Assembly (NCBI GenBank): GCA_028286615.1
Contig: JAQBRG010000008.1
Coordinates: 1-47,403, forward strand
Source: Parcubacteria group bacterium
GTDB taxonomy: Bacteria; Patescibacteriota; Minisyncoccia; Phycocordibacterales; Phycocordibacteraceae
Reading direction: 5' to 3'
DNA length: 47,403 bases
Positions 1 through 10,446 of the stretch are shown here, piece by piece (positions within the stretch are counted from its first letter, which is position 1; the number at the start of each line of letters is the position of its first letter). Both the position numbers and the translations under genes were made by a program. The notes beneath the pieces were generated by a model. That model did no database searches, was not told where the DNA came from, and worked only from the letters and a program-made list of their open reading frames with translations.

Positions 1-200
1 CAATTTTCATTGCCTGACTCAGTTTGTGGTCTGGACTATGCCTTCACCCTAAGGGTGTCTACCGTCTAGTCTCTACACCTTCCTATCCGAAGACAGGCTT
101 GGCTCGGCATTGCCTTTCGTCCTTTCGTACGTGAGGGTTTCACCGAATTTGGCAGATAATCTTACACATTAGTGCTCTTGTGCACGCACGAATTGTTCAA
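1..200 (-). ncRNA. Group I intron catalytic core (IC3-like, bacterial tRNA-intron type); 3' boundary not resolvable and may run off the window
   Basis: The reverse complement of ~35-170 reads CCAAAUUCGGUGAAACC ... GGCAAUGCCGAGCCAAGC ... GAAGGUGUAGAGACUAGACGGUAG. This matches, block for block, what I recall of the Azoarcus tRNA-Ile intron core (CAAAUUCGGCGAAACC / GGCAACGCCGAGCCAAGC / GAAGGUGUAGAGACUAGACGGCAC). Small hairpins GUGC-ACAAGA-GCAC (P2-like), CCUGUC-UUCG-GAUAGG (P8-like) and CACCC-UUA-GGGUG (P9-like) occur in the expected order. Confidence 0.7.
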
Positions 201-237
201 GCCTCGCGAGGTACCTCTCCTCTACGCAGCTGCTTAA

Positions 238-265
238 AATATACTTTAAAACTCTATTGACGCAA
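238..265 (-). promoter_or_regulatory. Candidate sigma70-type promoter reading leftwards into the intron-containing gene
   Basis: On the minus strand: -35 TTGCGT (265-260), a 16-nt spacer, then -10 TATATT (243-238). The predicted start at ~231-233 coincides with the 5' end of a tRNA-like fold. Confidence 0.3.
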
Positions 266-324
266 TATATATTTTGGAACCTATATTCATATAAATATTA
301 TGTCAATCGTTTATACTATTCTAT

Positions 325-993
325 ATGAAGAAAGGTCATGAACTTAAAGCAGTTGGTCTTCGTAAAAAAGGATTCAGCATAAAGAGCATTGCAACTGAGC
401 TAGCCGTAAGCGCGAGTACAGTTAGCCGCTGGTGTAAAGATATTGTACTTACTGAGTCCCAGAGACAGACCTTAACTAAGCAACAACGTAAAGCAAGTCT
501 AGCTGCATTAACACCATGGATTGAGCGTAATAAATTACTTAAGCAAGAAGATCTTAAGAACCAAGCATCATTGGGTAAAGCAGACTTGGGAAATATTTCT
601 AAACGAGACCTGTATGTATTAGGTCTGGGCCTGTATTGGGGAGAGGGTTACAAGCGTGGGAGTCAGGAGTGTGGTTTTACTAATTCTGATCCAGCAATTA
701 TTAGAACTATTTTGAAATGGTTTGAGGAATGTTTTAACGTATCGATAGAGCGAATATCTGCGCAAGTAAGTATTAACATTCTTTATGAAAAGGAGTCTGA
801 CCGAATTCTCAACTACTGGTCTGCAGAAACAGGAATCCCGTTGGAACAATTTGGCAGATCTACCTTTATATCTGGTTACGGCAAACCAGCACGTGATTCT
901 TCAACCTATACCGGCACGCTAAGAATAAAAGTAAGAAATGGGACTTCTCTAAGAAGACGTATTCTTGCTGGTATTGCCGCAGTTGATACTTAG
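325..993 (+). CDS. HTH domain protein with a LAGLIDADG-like motif (putative free-standing homing endonuclease)
   Basis: Clean 222-aa ORF. The N-terminus has a resolvase-type HTH (GFSIKSIATELAVSASTVSRWCK). The central LYVLGLGLYWGEGYK followed by CGFTNSDPAIIRTILKWFEE resembles a single LAGLIDADG motif and its following helix. A possible TTGACG (257-262) / TATATT (282-287) promoter lies upstream. Confidence 0.55.
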   Translation: MKKGHELKAVGLRKKGFSIKSIATELAVSASTVSRWCKDIVLTESQRQTLTKQQRKASLAALTPWIERNKLLKQEDLKNQASLGKADLGNISKRDLYVLGLGLYWGEGYKRGSQECGFTNSDPAIIRTILKWFEECFNVSIERISAQVSINILYEKESDRILNYWSAETGIPLEQFGRSTFISGYGKPARDSSTYTGTLRIKVRNGTSLRRRILAGIAAVDT

Positions 994-1150
994 ATTGGAA
1001 ACTCTAATCTACTTCCCTTTCTTTAAATAGGCCCTGGCATCTTTTGCATTAGTAAAAGACGAAGACAGTCCTTTGCTAGACTTAATGTCGTTCAGCGCAA
1101 GATCAATCTCTTTACGAGTCTTTAAATTAAACTCTTCGGGTTTGTCCAAG

Positions 1151-1753
1151 TTATTGAATTTCTCCATGTTCTCTCATTATATTCTCGTAATGCTTGATAG
1201 TACGGTATGCCATTTGATCAGTAAGCGGATATGAGGACCCCTGGTGCGCAATCTCGTTACGCACTTTATGTGCCTCCCACGCCTCCTGCAGAGTTGCAAA
1301 ACGCGCTGGATCAACTGCACGCAACTTCTCTCCAACTGAAGCGCCTGGGTAGCCAAGTTGTGAAAGAAGATCGTCGAGCATGATGTCTGCTTCGATAATG
1401 GCTTGGCGCCAATCGTTCTCGCTCGGACTCTCTATGAGGTTCATTACATGGTTCCAACGAGAGTGGTCACGCTCCTCTTCAGCATGGTGTGCGTCGTGAA
1501 TGGTTGTGTACTTAGGAGCATCCTCAGCTTTTATCTGAAACATGCGAGTAGTAGCTTGCATGAGCACAAAGAGCGCAGCAGCACATACTGCAAAAGCGAT
1601 AATACAGGCAATAATCCAGATGGTTGTAGCAATACCAATTAAGTTAAGGTTCGAGGTTCCCCCGGAGATATGAAAAGTCGTAAGCGCCTCATAGATGAGA
1701 CGGAAGAAGTACTCAATATTGAGGAAGTGAACGTCGGGACCCGTGCTCTGCAT
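1151..1753 (-). CDS. Membrane-anchored hypothetical protein with a C-terminal RNxxAH (HEPN/DUF4145-like) motif
   Basis: 200-aa ORF tightly packed 8 nt downstream of gatA. It has one long hydrophobic helix (IGIATTIWIIACIIAFAVCAAALFVL) and a soluble C-terminal domain containing VRNEIAHQG. Confidence 0.7.
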   Translation of the reverse strand: MQSTGPDVHFLNIEYFFRLIYEALTTFHISGGTSNLNLIGIATTIWIIACIIAFAVCAAALFVLMQATTRMFQIKAEDAPKYTTIHDAHHAEEERDHSRWNHVMNLIESPSENDWRQAIIEADIMLDDLLSQLGYPGASVGEKLRAVDPARFATLQEAWEAHKVRNEIAHQGSSYPLTDQMAYRTIKHYENIMREHGEIQ

Positions 1754-1761
1754 TCCCGTAA

Positions 1762-3195
1762 TTATAACTCCTCGCCAGTAACTAAAGCGCCCGCTTTAAA
1801 CAGAAGGTTCTCTGCACCTTTGGGTGCTGTAAAGTGAATACCGATAGGAAGGCTCTTTCCTTCTCTCTCAACCGTGCCCATGGGTACTGAAATAGCTGGC
1901 ATGCCCGTTAGGTTCGCTGTAACGGTAAAGATATCTTCAAGGTACATCGCAACAGGATCGCTCTTCTCGCCAATCTTAAACGAATGAGAGGGTGTCGTTG
2001 GAAACGCTATAACATCAACCTCTTTAAACGCTTCGTCGTACTCCGCAGTAAGTACAGCACGTGCCGCATCTGCCTTGCGGTAGTACGCATCGATGTAGCC
2101 TGAAGAGAGTACGAAAGTACCAAGGAGAATACGGCGCTGCACCTCTTCCCCGAATCCTTCGCTGCGGCTCTCTACATAATCGTCGAGCAGTGTCTTGCCT
2201 CGCGCAGCATGTCCGTAACGTATACCGTCAAAGCGAGCGAGGTTGGTAGACGCTTCAGCGGGCATAATCACGTAGTACACAGGAAGTGCGTATGAGCTTG
2301 TGGGGAGCGAGACCGGAACAATGGTGTGGCCTGCCTCTTTAAGAGATTTAAGAGTCGCATCAAATTGCTCTCGGACTTCAGCATCAACGCCCTTCTCAAG
2401 AAGTTCGTATGGAACACCGATACGGAGTGTATGCACATCCTCTCTCTTTTCATATAGGTTCTCCGGGATGCTTGTTGAGTCAAAGTTGTCCTGTCCGCGC
2501 ATAACCTCGTATAAAGCTTTTGCATCAGCAACGGTCTTAGTGAGTGGACCTGCTTGGTCGAGTGAAGACCCCAAAGCAACTAATCCGTGTCGTGAGTTAC
2601 GTCCGTATGTAGGCTTGAGTCCAACAAGACCACAATAGGCAGCTGGCTGGCGAATAGAGCCTCCGGTGTCAGTGCCAAGTGCTGCTATTGCAGCGTGTGC
2701 AGCAACTGCTGAAGCCGAGCCTCCTGAAGACCCGCCTGGCACACGCGATACGTCATGCGGATTCTTAACAGGACCGAAAGCTGAATGTTCAGAAGATCCT
2801 CCCATGGCGAACTCATCCATGTTGGTGCGTCCGAGAAAGAGTGCGCCTGCTTCTTTGAGCTTTGTTATAACAGTAGCATCATAGGTGGCGGTGTGATTCT
2901 CAAGCATCTTAGATGCTGCGCTCGCAATATGTCCCTCTATAAGAATGTTGTCTTTAATGGCTAGAGGAATACCGCAGAGCACGGGTGCTGCAGAACCTTC
3001 TATGTGAATACGATTCTGTGCTGCTTCAATAGCCTCTTCGTCTGCATCAAATAATTCAAGGTATGCGTTCAGCTCCCCGTTCTTTTCTTTTGCAGCAATC
3101 GTACACGCGTCCCAAAGTTCGCGCACAGTGCAGGTGCCAGCACGCAGCGCTGCTGCTGCTTCAGTTATGGAAAGTTCGTTTAGAGGCTTAGTCAT
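1762..3195 (-). CDS. gatA: Asp-tRNA(Asn)/Glu-tRNA(Gln) amidotransferase subunit A
   Basis: Amidase signature GGSSGGSA, plus IKDNI and GTDTGGSIRQPA. I moved the start to the ATG at 3195 (MTKPLNELS), 4 nt after the gatC stop; the longer ORF-track start overlaps gatC. Confidence 0.95.
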   Translation of the reverse strand: MTKPLNELSITEAAAALRAGTCTVRELWDACTIAAKEKNGELNAYLELFDADEEAIEAAQNRIHIEGSAAPVLCGIPLAIKDNILIEGHIASAASKMLENHTATYDATVITKLKEAGALFLGRTNMDEFAMGGSSEHSAFGPVKNPHDVSRVPGGSSGGSASAVAAHAAIAALGTDTGGSIRQPAAYCGLVGLKPTYGRNSRHGLVALGSSLDQAGPLTKTVADAKALYEVMRGQDNFDSTSIPENLYEKREDVHTLRIGVPYELLEKGVDAEVREQFDATLKSLKEAGHTIVPVSLPTSSYALPVYYVIMPAEASTNLARFDGIRYGHAARGKTLLDDYVESRSEGFGEEVQRRILLGTFVLSSGYIDAYYRKADAARAVLTAEYDEAFKEVDVIAFPTTPSHSFKIGEKSDPVAMYLEDIFTVTANLTGMPAISVPMGTVEREGKSLPIGIHFTAPKGAENLLFKAGALVTGEEL

Positions 3196-3481
3196 GGGAA
3201 ATAATCTGCTTAACCGAAAGATGGTTGCCCTTCTTCTCTGGAAATTGCTCAACTATCTTCTCGGTATACATGCCCGTTGTGTGGGGTTCGCCGTCTTTTC
3301 GGAAAACATTTCGGAGTGCCGGAAGTACCTGGTCTTTTCCTATAGGAAGCGTTAGTTCCTCAAGCTTTCCAACATACGCAAGAATGCCATCGAACTCAGC
3401 GACTAGTTTAGGGAGTTCCTCATCAGTTACGGAGATGCGCGCAAGCGAGGCTAGTTTACGTACTTCGTCGGGAGTTGCCAT
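3188..3481 (-). CDS. gatC: Asp/Glu-tRNA amidotransferase subunit C
   Basis: 97 aa. Its sequence (VRKLASLARISVTDEELPKLVAEFDGILAYVGKLEEL) is typical of GatC, and it lies immediately upstream of gatA. Confidence 0.9.
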   Translation of the reverse strand: MATPDEVRKLASLARISVTDEELPKLVAEFDGILAYVGKLEELTLPIGKDQVLPALRNVFRKDGEPHTTGMYTEKIVEQFPEKKGNHLSVKQIISHD

Positions 3482-3493
3482 GGGGCCACTGTA

Positions 3494-6029
<2,536 letters not shown>

Positions 6030-6033
<4 letters not shown>

Positions 6034-6590
6034 AGCCAATTTGTGATATTTTCGGTCACCGTTACCGTGTGCGGAATACGTGCAGTGATCCAACTTACGG
6101 TTACCGTGAGCTTAACTTCGTTTGGACTTCCCGCAATGCGGGTTAACTGCAAGCTACGTGTGAAGCGGCTCACGGTATTTGTCTGGGATGTAGCCCTGTG
6201 GTTGTACGCATACTTGTTGTTGAGATTTGCGTTGCCCTCAATATTGAGTGGCAGGCATCCGCTTGAAGGACAGATTGTTATCTGGCTTGCGAGTGCGGCA
6301 TTCGGATCAACCATGCAGGTGGCGTTCGCAAAGCAAGAACTGATGCGGCTAACCCATCCATCGGCACCAAATGTTGATTGCCCGTTTAAATAGTTCACGT
6401 CACGAACGTTACGCGCAAACTCAAGTCCTTCTTGAGCGAGCGAGGTTGCAATAAGTTCGTCACGAGCCACATACGCCGCGTTCACAGAACTCTGCACAAC
6501 GGTAAATGGTCCCGCAATAGCGAGCATCACGATAGTGATGGCAACCATCGTCTCAACCAGAGTAAATCCTTGAGGTTTCTGGTGCGTCAT
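6030..6590 (-). CDS. Type IV pilin-like protein (pseudopilin)
   Basis: N-terminal cleavage/methylation motif QGFTLVETMVAITIVMLAI. Confidence 0.8.
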
Positions 6591-7147
6591 AGGTCAAGAG
6601 TGCGTTGGCTAACGCCTGTCTGTATGGCAAAGCTAATTGAACGTGTTGGGCTTGCAACCATGGTGCCACGAAGCGCTATCGTTACGTACGGCTGGTCTTG
6701 GTCTGCGGTACTGCCAGCGCCATGAACGGCAAAACGAAGACCGCTCGTGGCATCAAACTTGATGCGAGGATCGGTAAGTGAAATCGCTGTGTTGTCGTTA
6801 CAGGCTCCTGAACCAACGCAGCGTGCTACGGTACCGTCCGTAGTCTTGAGGAAGTACACAACAGCTTGTCCTTGGTTATCGGTAAACGAAAAACGTGAAC
6901 AAGTTGAGCCGTCTCCCCCGCTTAGGCATAGATAGTTAGTTCCTGTGCGAATGGCTCTCGACATGCTTTCCATAGCGAAAGAAAGGTTCGTTGAGAGGTC
7001 GTTGGTTGCGCGTGTCTCGCGATCAAGCGCAATGAGCGTGAGATATGCCGAGGTAACCGCAAGCATCACCATACTAAAGATAGCTACCGATACGATAAGC
7101 TCGAGAAGACTGAAGCCGCGACGAGAAGTGGAGTACATCATGGGCAA
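6587..7147 (-). CDS. Type IV pilin-like protein (pseudopilin)
   Basis: N-terminal motif RRGFSLLELIVSVAIFSMV. There are 4-nt overlaps with both neighbouring genes. Confidence 0.8.
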   Translation of the reverse strand: MPMMYSTSRRGFSLLELIVSVAIFSMVMLAVTSAYLTLIALDRETRATNDLSTNLSFAMESMSRAIRTGTNYLCLSGGDGSTCSRFSFTDNQGQAVVYFLKTTDGTVARCVGSGACNDNTAISLTDPRIKFDATSGLRFAVHGAGSTADQDQPYVTIALRGTMVASPTRSISFAIQTGVSQRTLDL

Positions 7148-7842
7148 GTGGCGATGACTGCTATCTGGCCCACCTTACTTATACTGATACATCTTGTGCT
7201 CTTACCGTCTGGAGACTTCACCGTTATGCCGGCACTCGTGTACGCACGCGAAGTACCGTTCTTCGTGCCTATAATGTTGCTGTCCGTTGAGGGGCGCTGG
7301 AAGACAACATCAAGGGTGTCGAGATTGCTACCGCTTGCACAATCTTTTCCGCTGCTCCCTGTCGCACAGATATCGCTGATGGTGTAATTGCGATTGAATA
7401 CAAAGGATCGAACAATCGCATCGCTTCCAACAGTGTAGATACAATCTCCCGGGCGCGCTTCAGGGGTTCCAGGCGGCGCGCTTGATGGACATAAGCCATT
7501 CGTGCCTCCAGAGGTTGGCTGTGAAGGACTAACGTCTGCGAATAAGTCGTATGTTGCAGGTTTGGTACGGTCAAAGTGCACGCCGTATCCTGAGTTTAGG
7601 ATATTGGTTCCGCTATTAGAGAAAACTCGGCTTGAAAGACCTCGAGACTGCGCTTCGCGGAAGGTGAACGCAATTGTGTAAGCGGTATCAGTTAGAACGA
7701 TGGAGTGGTTGAAATCATTCTCCCCAAGCAGAAGAATGCCGGTGATTAGACCGATGATGGCCAGCACGATTACCATCTCGAGGAGACTGAAGCCGCGAGG
7801 CCGTGCCTCATGCGTATTCTTTAGAATTGAAAGGGATTCCAT
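7138..7842 (-). CDS. Type IV pilin-like protein (pseudopilin)
   Basis: N-terminal motif PRGFSLLEMVIVLAIIGLI. Confidence 0.8.
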   Translation of the reverse strand: MESLSILKNTHEARPRGFSLLEMVIVLAIIGLITGILLLGENDFNHSIVLTDTAYTIAFTFREAQSRGLSSRVFSNSGTNILNSGYGVHFDRTKPATYDLFADVSPSQPTSGGTNGLCPSSAPPGTPEARPGDCIYTVGSDAIVRSFVFNRNYTISDICATGSSGKDCASGSNLDTLDVVFQRPSTDSNIIGTKNGTSRAYTSAGITVKSPDGKSTRCISISKVGQIAVIATCP

Positions 7843-8570
7843 TGTGTAAAAAAGGCAAGTAGATAGCCGGCTGCCAGAAACGGCACGAACGGCACCTCAA
7901 TACCCATTCTATGCCCTCGAGGGTGTCGCACCAATATCACTATCCCAACAAGTGCCCCTATCCAGAACGAAAACAGAAGGCCTGAGATTGCAGCTGAGCT
8001 AACTAGGAGCGAAAGAGCGAGCGCAACTGGCGCATCTCCCAATCCCATGGCCCTTCCCTTTGAGAATACGTAGAGCGCAAGGAAGAACAGACCTATAACA
8101 CCAGCAACAAGACCCGAGATGCCGAGAGAGATAAGGCTTGGTGCAGTTAGATATGCAAAACCTATAGAAAAGATAAGAAGAAGATTCGAAGCTCCTTGCG
8201 GAACAACCGTGTGGCGAAGATCGTAGAGGACAATGAAAAGAAGTACGGATAGGGCTAGAAGGAATAAGACTAGGGCGTAGGAAAGACCTAGCTGGTGGTA
8301 ACTAAGAGCAAATAACCCGGCAAGTACAAGCTCCGTTAGTGCGTACTGAAACGGTATGCGGGAGTGACAGGAGAAACAACGTCCTTTTGATGCTAGCCAA
8401 GAAAATACCGGGATAAGATCCCGCATACCTAGCTCCCGCGCGCATGAGTTGCACCGAGACCTATCGTTAATCCAGGCTTCCCCGGTGTAGAGCCGTTCAG
8501 AGAGTACTCCAATAAAACTTGCGAGTACTGCACCCAGAAGCGCAAAGAACACCGTGATGATAATTTCCAT
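7821..8570 (-). CDS. pilD: Prepilin peptidase (A24 family)
   Basis: Polytopic membrane protein with Cys pairs (CNSCARELGMRDLIPVFSWLASKGRCFSCHS) and a GLGD motif. I prefer the ATG at 8570 (MEIIITVFF). The GTG at 8633 would put the start inside the pilin terminator hairpin. Confidence 0.88.
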   Translation of the reverse strand: MEIIITVFFALLGAVLASFIGVLSERLYTGEAWINDRSRCNSCARELGMRDLIPVFSWLASKGRCFSCHSRIPFQYALTELVLAGLFALSYHQLGLSYALVLFLLALSVLLFIVLYDLRHTVVPQGASNLLLIFSIGFAYLTAPSLISLGISGLVAGVIGLFFLALYVFSKGRAMGLGDAPVALALSLLVSSAAISGLLFSFWIGALVGIVILVRHPRGHRMGIEVPFVPFLAAGYLLAFFTQWNPFQF

Positions 8571-8590
8571 TAGGTACCAGTATACCGCGT

Positions 8591-8621
8591 ACAAAGAAAA
8601 CACCCTGGTGTATCCAGGGTG
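8591..8621 (-). terminator. Intrinsic terminator/attenuator downstream of the major pilin gene
   Basis: On the minus strand, the CACCCTGG-ATACA-CCAGGGTG hairpin (8601-8621) is followed by TTTTCTTTGT (8600-8591). Confidence 0.65.
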
Positions 8622-8648
8622 TTTTCCGCTCACACTAAATCCCGTGTC

Positions 8649-9113
8649 TTATGGACAAGAGTAGTCAGAAGCAGCTGGAGTACCAGTTACTTTGTTTGCG
8701 TATCCTGTTGAGTCAACACAGTAGTAGTCTGCTGTGCTTGTCTTAAGAACTGCAGTCATAGCCCATGCAGTTGCACTTGCGTAGCAAGCAACTGCACTAC
8801 TTCCGGCTGTTGTAGCTCCGGCTCCGTTGTCGCCGATTACGTTAGTACCAGAAGCGGCACACACTCCAGCAGCGAGACCTGCTGTTCCTGTGTTGTAGCT
8901 GTTGCTGTTTGAGTCGTAGAAGATCTCAGCTTCTGCACGTGCGTTTGCAAGGTTTGCCTTGATAGCCGCATCAGCACCCTTGTTACGTGCGGTATTAAGA
9001 GATGCGAGCACAACGGACGAGAGAATGCCGATGATCGCGATCACGACGAGGAGTTCGATGAGGGTGAAACCCTTGAGAACATGGCCGCGTCGGAGAGAAG
9101 ATGCAAGAGTCAT
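8649..9113 (-). CDS. pilA: Major type IV pilin
   Basis: KGFTLIELLVVIAIIGILSSVVLASLNTARNKG is a canonical class III signal and methylation site. There is a C-terminal Cys pair. The gene has its own terminator, which suggests high expression. Confidence 0.85.
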   Translation of the reverse strand: MTLASSLRRGHVLKGFTLIELLVVIAIIGILSSVVLASLNTARNKGADAAIKANLANARAEAEIFYDSNSNSYNTGTAGLAAGVCAASGTNVIGDNGAGATTAGSSAVACYASATAWAMTAVLKTSTADYYCVDSTGYANKVTGTPAASDYSCP

Positions 9114-9237
9114 GATGATGAGAAAAGATTATTAATTTGCCGCGGCTTAGTAGATAAATATCCGCTCCCCTTATTCTAACGACAATCCGCCATAAATGTG
9201 GCGGATTGTGTGGATAACATGGACGGTGAGTATTTCC

Positions 9238-10443
9238 TTAAATCGAACCTGCGAGGTTGTAGATAGGGATGAGCACCGATGCGAGGAGTGTTCCGACGCC
9301 AAGACCGAGCAACACAATCATGATCGGTTCGATAAGATCGACAAGAGTATCAACAGCTGTGTTCACTTCGCGCTGATAGAACTTTGCAAGCGTAGTGAGA
9401 ATATTGCCGAGCTCTCCTGTTTCTTCACCCACGCGCACCATGGCACTCATGATGCCTGGAATCTCTGCGTGCTTTGAGAGTGCATCAGAAATACTAGAGC
9501 CTCCACGCACATCCTCCCCCACTGTCTTGAGTACGCCCGCATACGTGGCGCTTCCCACAACCGTGGCAGTAACTTCAACGGCTTCAACAACCGGCACGCC
9601 AGACACGAGCATAGTAGCGAAGTTGTCAGCAATACGAGAAAGGTAGAGCTTCTGGAAGAGATCTCCAATATACGGGAACTCGAGCTTCAACTTATCGAAG
9701 AAAAGACTTCCCGCAGGAGTCTTGGTCGCTCTGTAGGCAAAGATTGCTCCAACACCCATCGCGATAAGGAAGAGAAAGCCGTAATGCACAAGGAAGTCGG
9801 AAAGCGCGATAACAATACGAGTATAGATAGGTATCTGCTGTCCTGAGTCCTTGAGAATGCCGCTAATGCGCGGAATAACCATGGTAAGCATCAGACCCAT
9901 CACGATAAAGAAGACACCGATAACGAATGCAGGATAGATAAGTGCATTCTGTGCTTTTGTAACAACCGCGTACGTACGGTCGAGGTAGTCAGCAAGATAA
10001 CCGAAGGTCTCAGAAAGCTTTCCGGACTCCTCTCCTGAACGAACCATGTTCACGTAAAAGCTACTAAATATCTTAGGATGTCGTGCCATGGCCTTAGAGA
10101 TAGGACTTCCCCCCTGCAAGTCGTCTGCAACTTGGGTCAAAACCTCTGAAAGATATTTGTTATCAACCTCAGCGGCAAGAAGACGGAAGACACGGAGCGC
10201 AGACACCTGGGCTTCGAACAACGTAGCAATCTGACGCGAAAGAATAACCACCTCCTTGTTTGAGACGTGCTTGAAGAGACCGAGTTCAATTGAAAGCTTG
10301 GACTTCTGAATCGCTGGATCTATGGAAGAAACAATGAGATTGCGACGTTGCAGTGTTGAGACCGCCACGTCCATAGAAAGAGCCTCGATAGTTCCCTGTC
10401 GCTCGTGTCCGTCTTTATCAAGTGCGTGGTAACTAAATAGCAT
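9238..10443 (-). CDS. pilC: Type IV pilus platform protein (GspF/PilC family)
   Basis: 401 aa with two GspF-type repeats and three TM segments. It lies directly downstream of pilT. Confidence 0.9.
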   Translation of the reverse strand: MLFSYHALDKDGHERQGTIEALSMDVAVSTLQRRNLIVSSIDPAIQKSKLSIELGLFKHVSNKEVVILSRQIATLFEAQVSALRVFRLLAAEVDNKYLSEVLTQVADDLQGGSPISKAMARHPKIFSSFYVNMVRSGEESGKLSETFGYLADYLDRTYAVVTKAQNALIYPAFVIGVFFIVMGLMLTMVIPRISGILKDSGQQIPIYTRIVIALSDFLVHYGFLFLIAMGVGAIFAYRATKTPAGSLFFDKLKLEFPYIGDLFQKLYLSRIADNFATMLVSGVPVVEAVEVTATVVGSATYAGVLKTVGEDVRGGSSISDALSKHAEIPGIMSAMVRVGEETGELGNILTTLAKFYQREVNTAVDTLVDLIEPIMIVLLGLGVGTLLASVLIPIYNLAGSI

Positions 10444-10446
10444 AGA

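Noticed and set aside
1-1150. Possibility that the group I intron sits in a 23S/16S rRNA gene, which is common for CPR introns carrying LAGLIDADG genes
   Set aside because: Nothing in 200-1150 resembles rRNA. The region is an AT-rich promoter spacer, a protein-coding ORF on the opposite strand, then the 3' end of a conserved protein gene. The intron core is also of the tRNA (IC3) type.
9168-9215. TTCTAACGACA followed by a 10-bp hairpin (CAATCCGCCA...TGGCGGATTG) between pilC and the pilin gene, resembling the start of repeat copy E (TTCTAACGTCA)
   Set aside because: Only the 7-mer TTCTAAC plus a few bases match, and a 7-mer is expected several times by chance in 47 kb. The rest of the 37-nt module is absent. 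The hairpin is more simply a pilC terminator or pilin leader structure.
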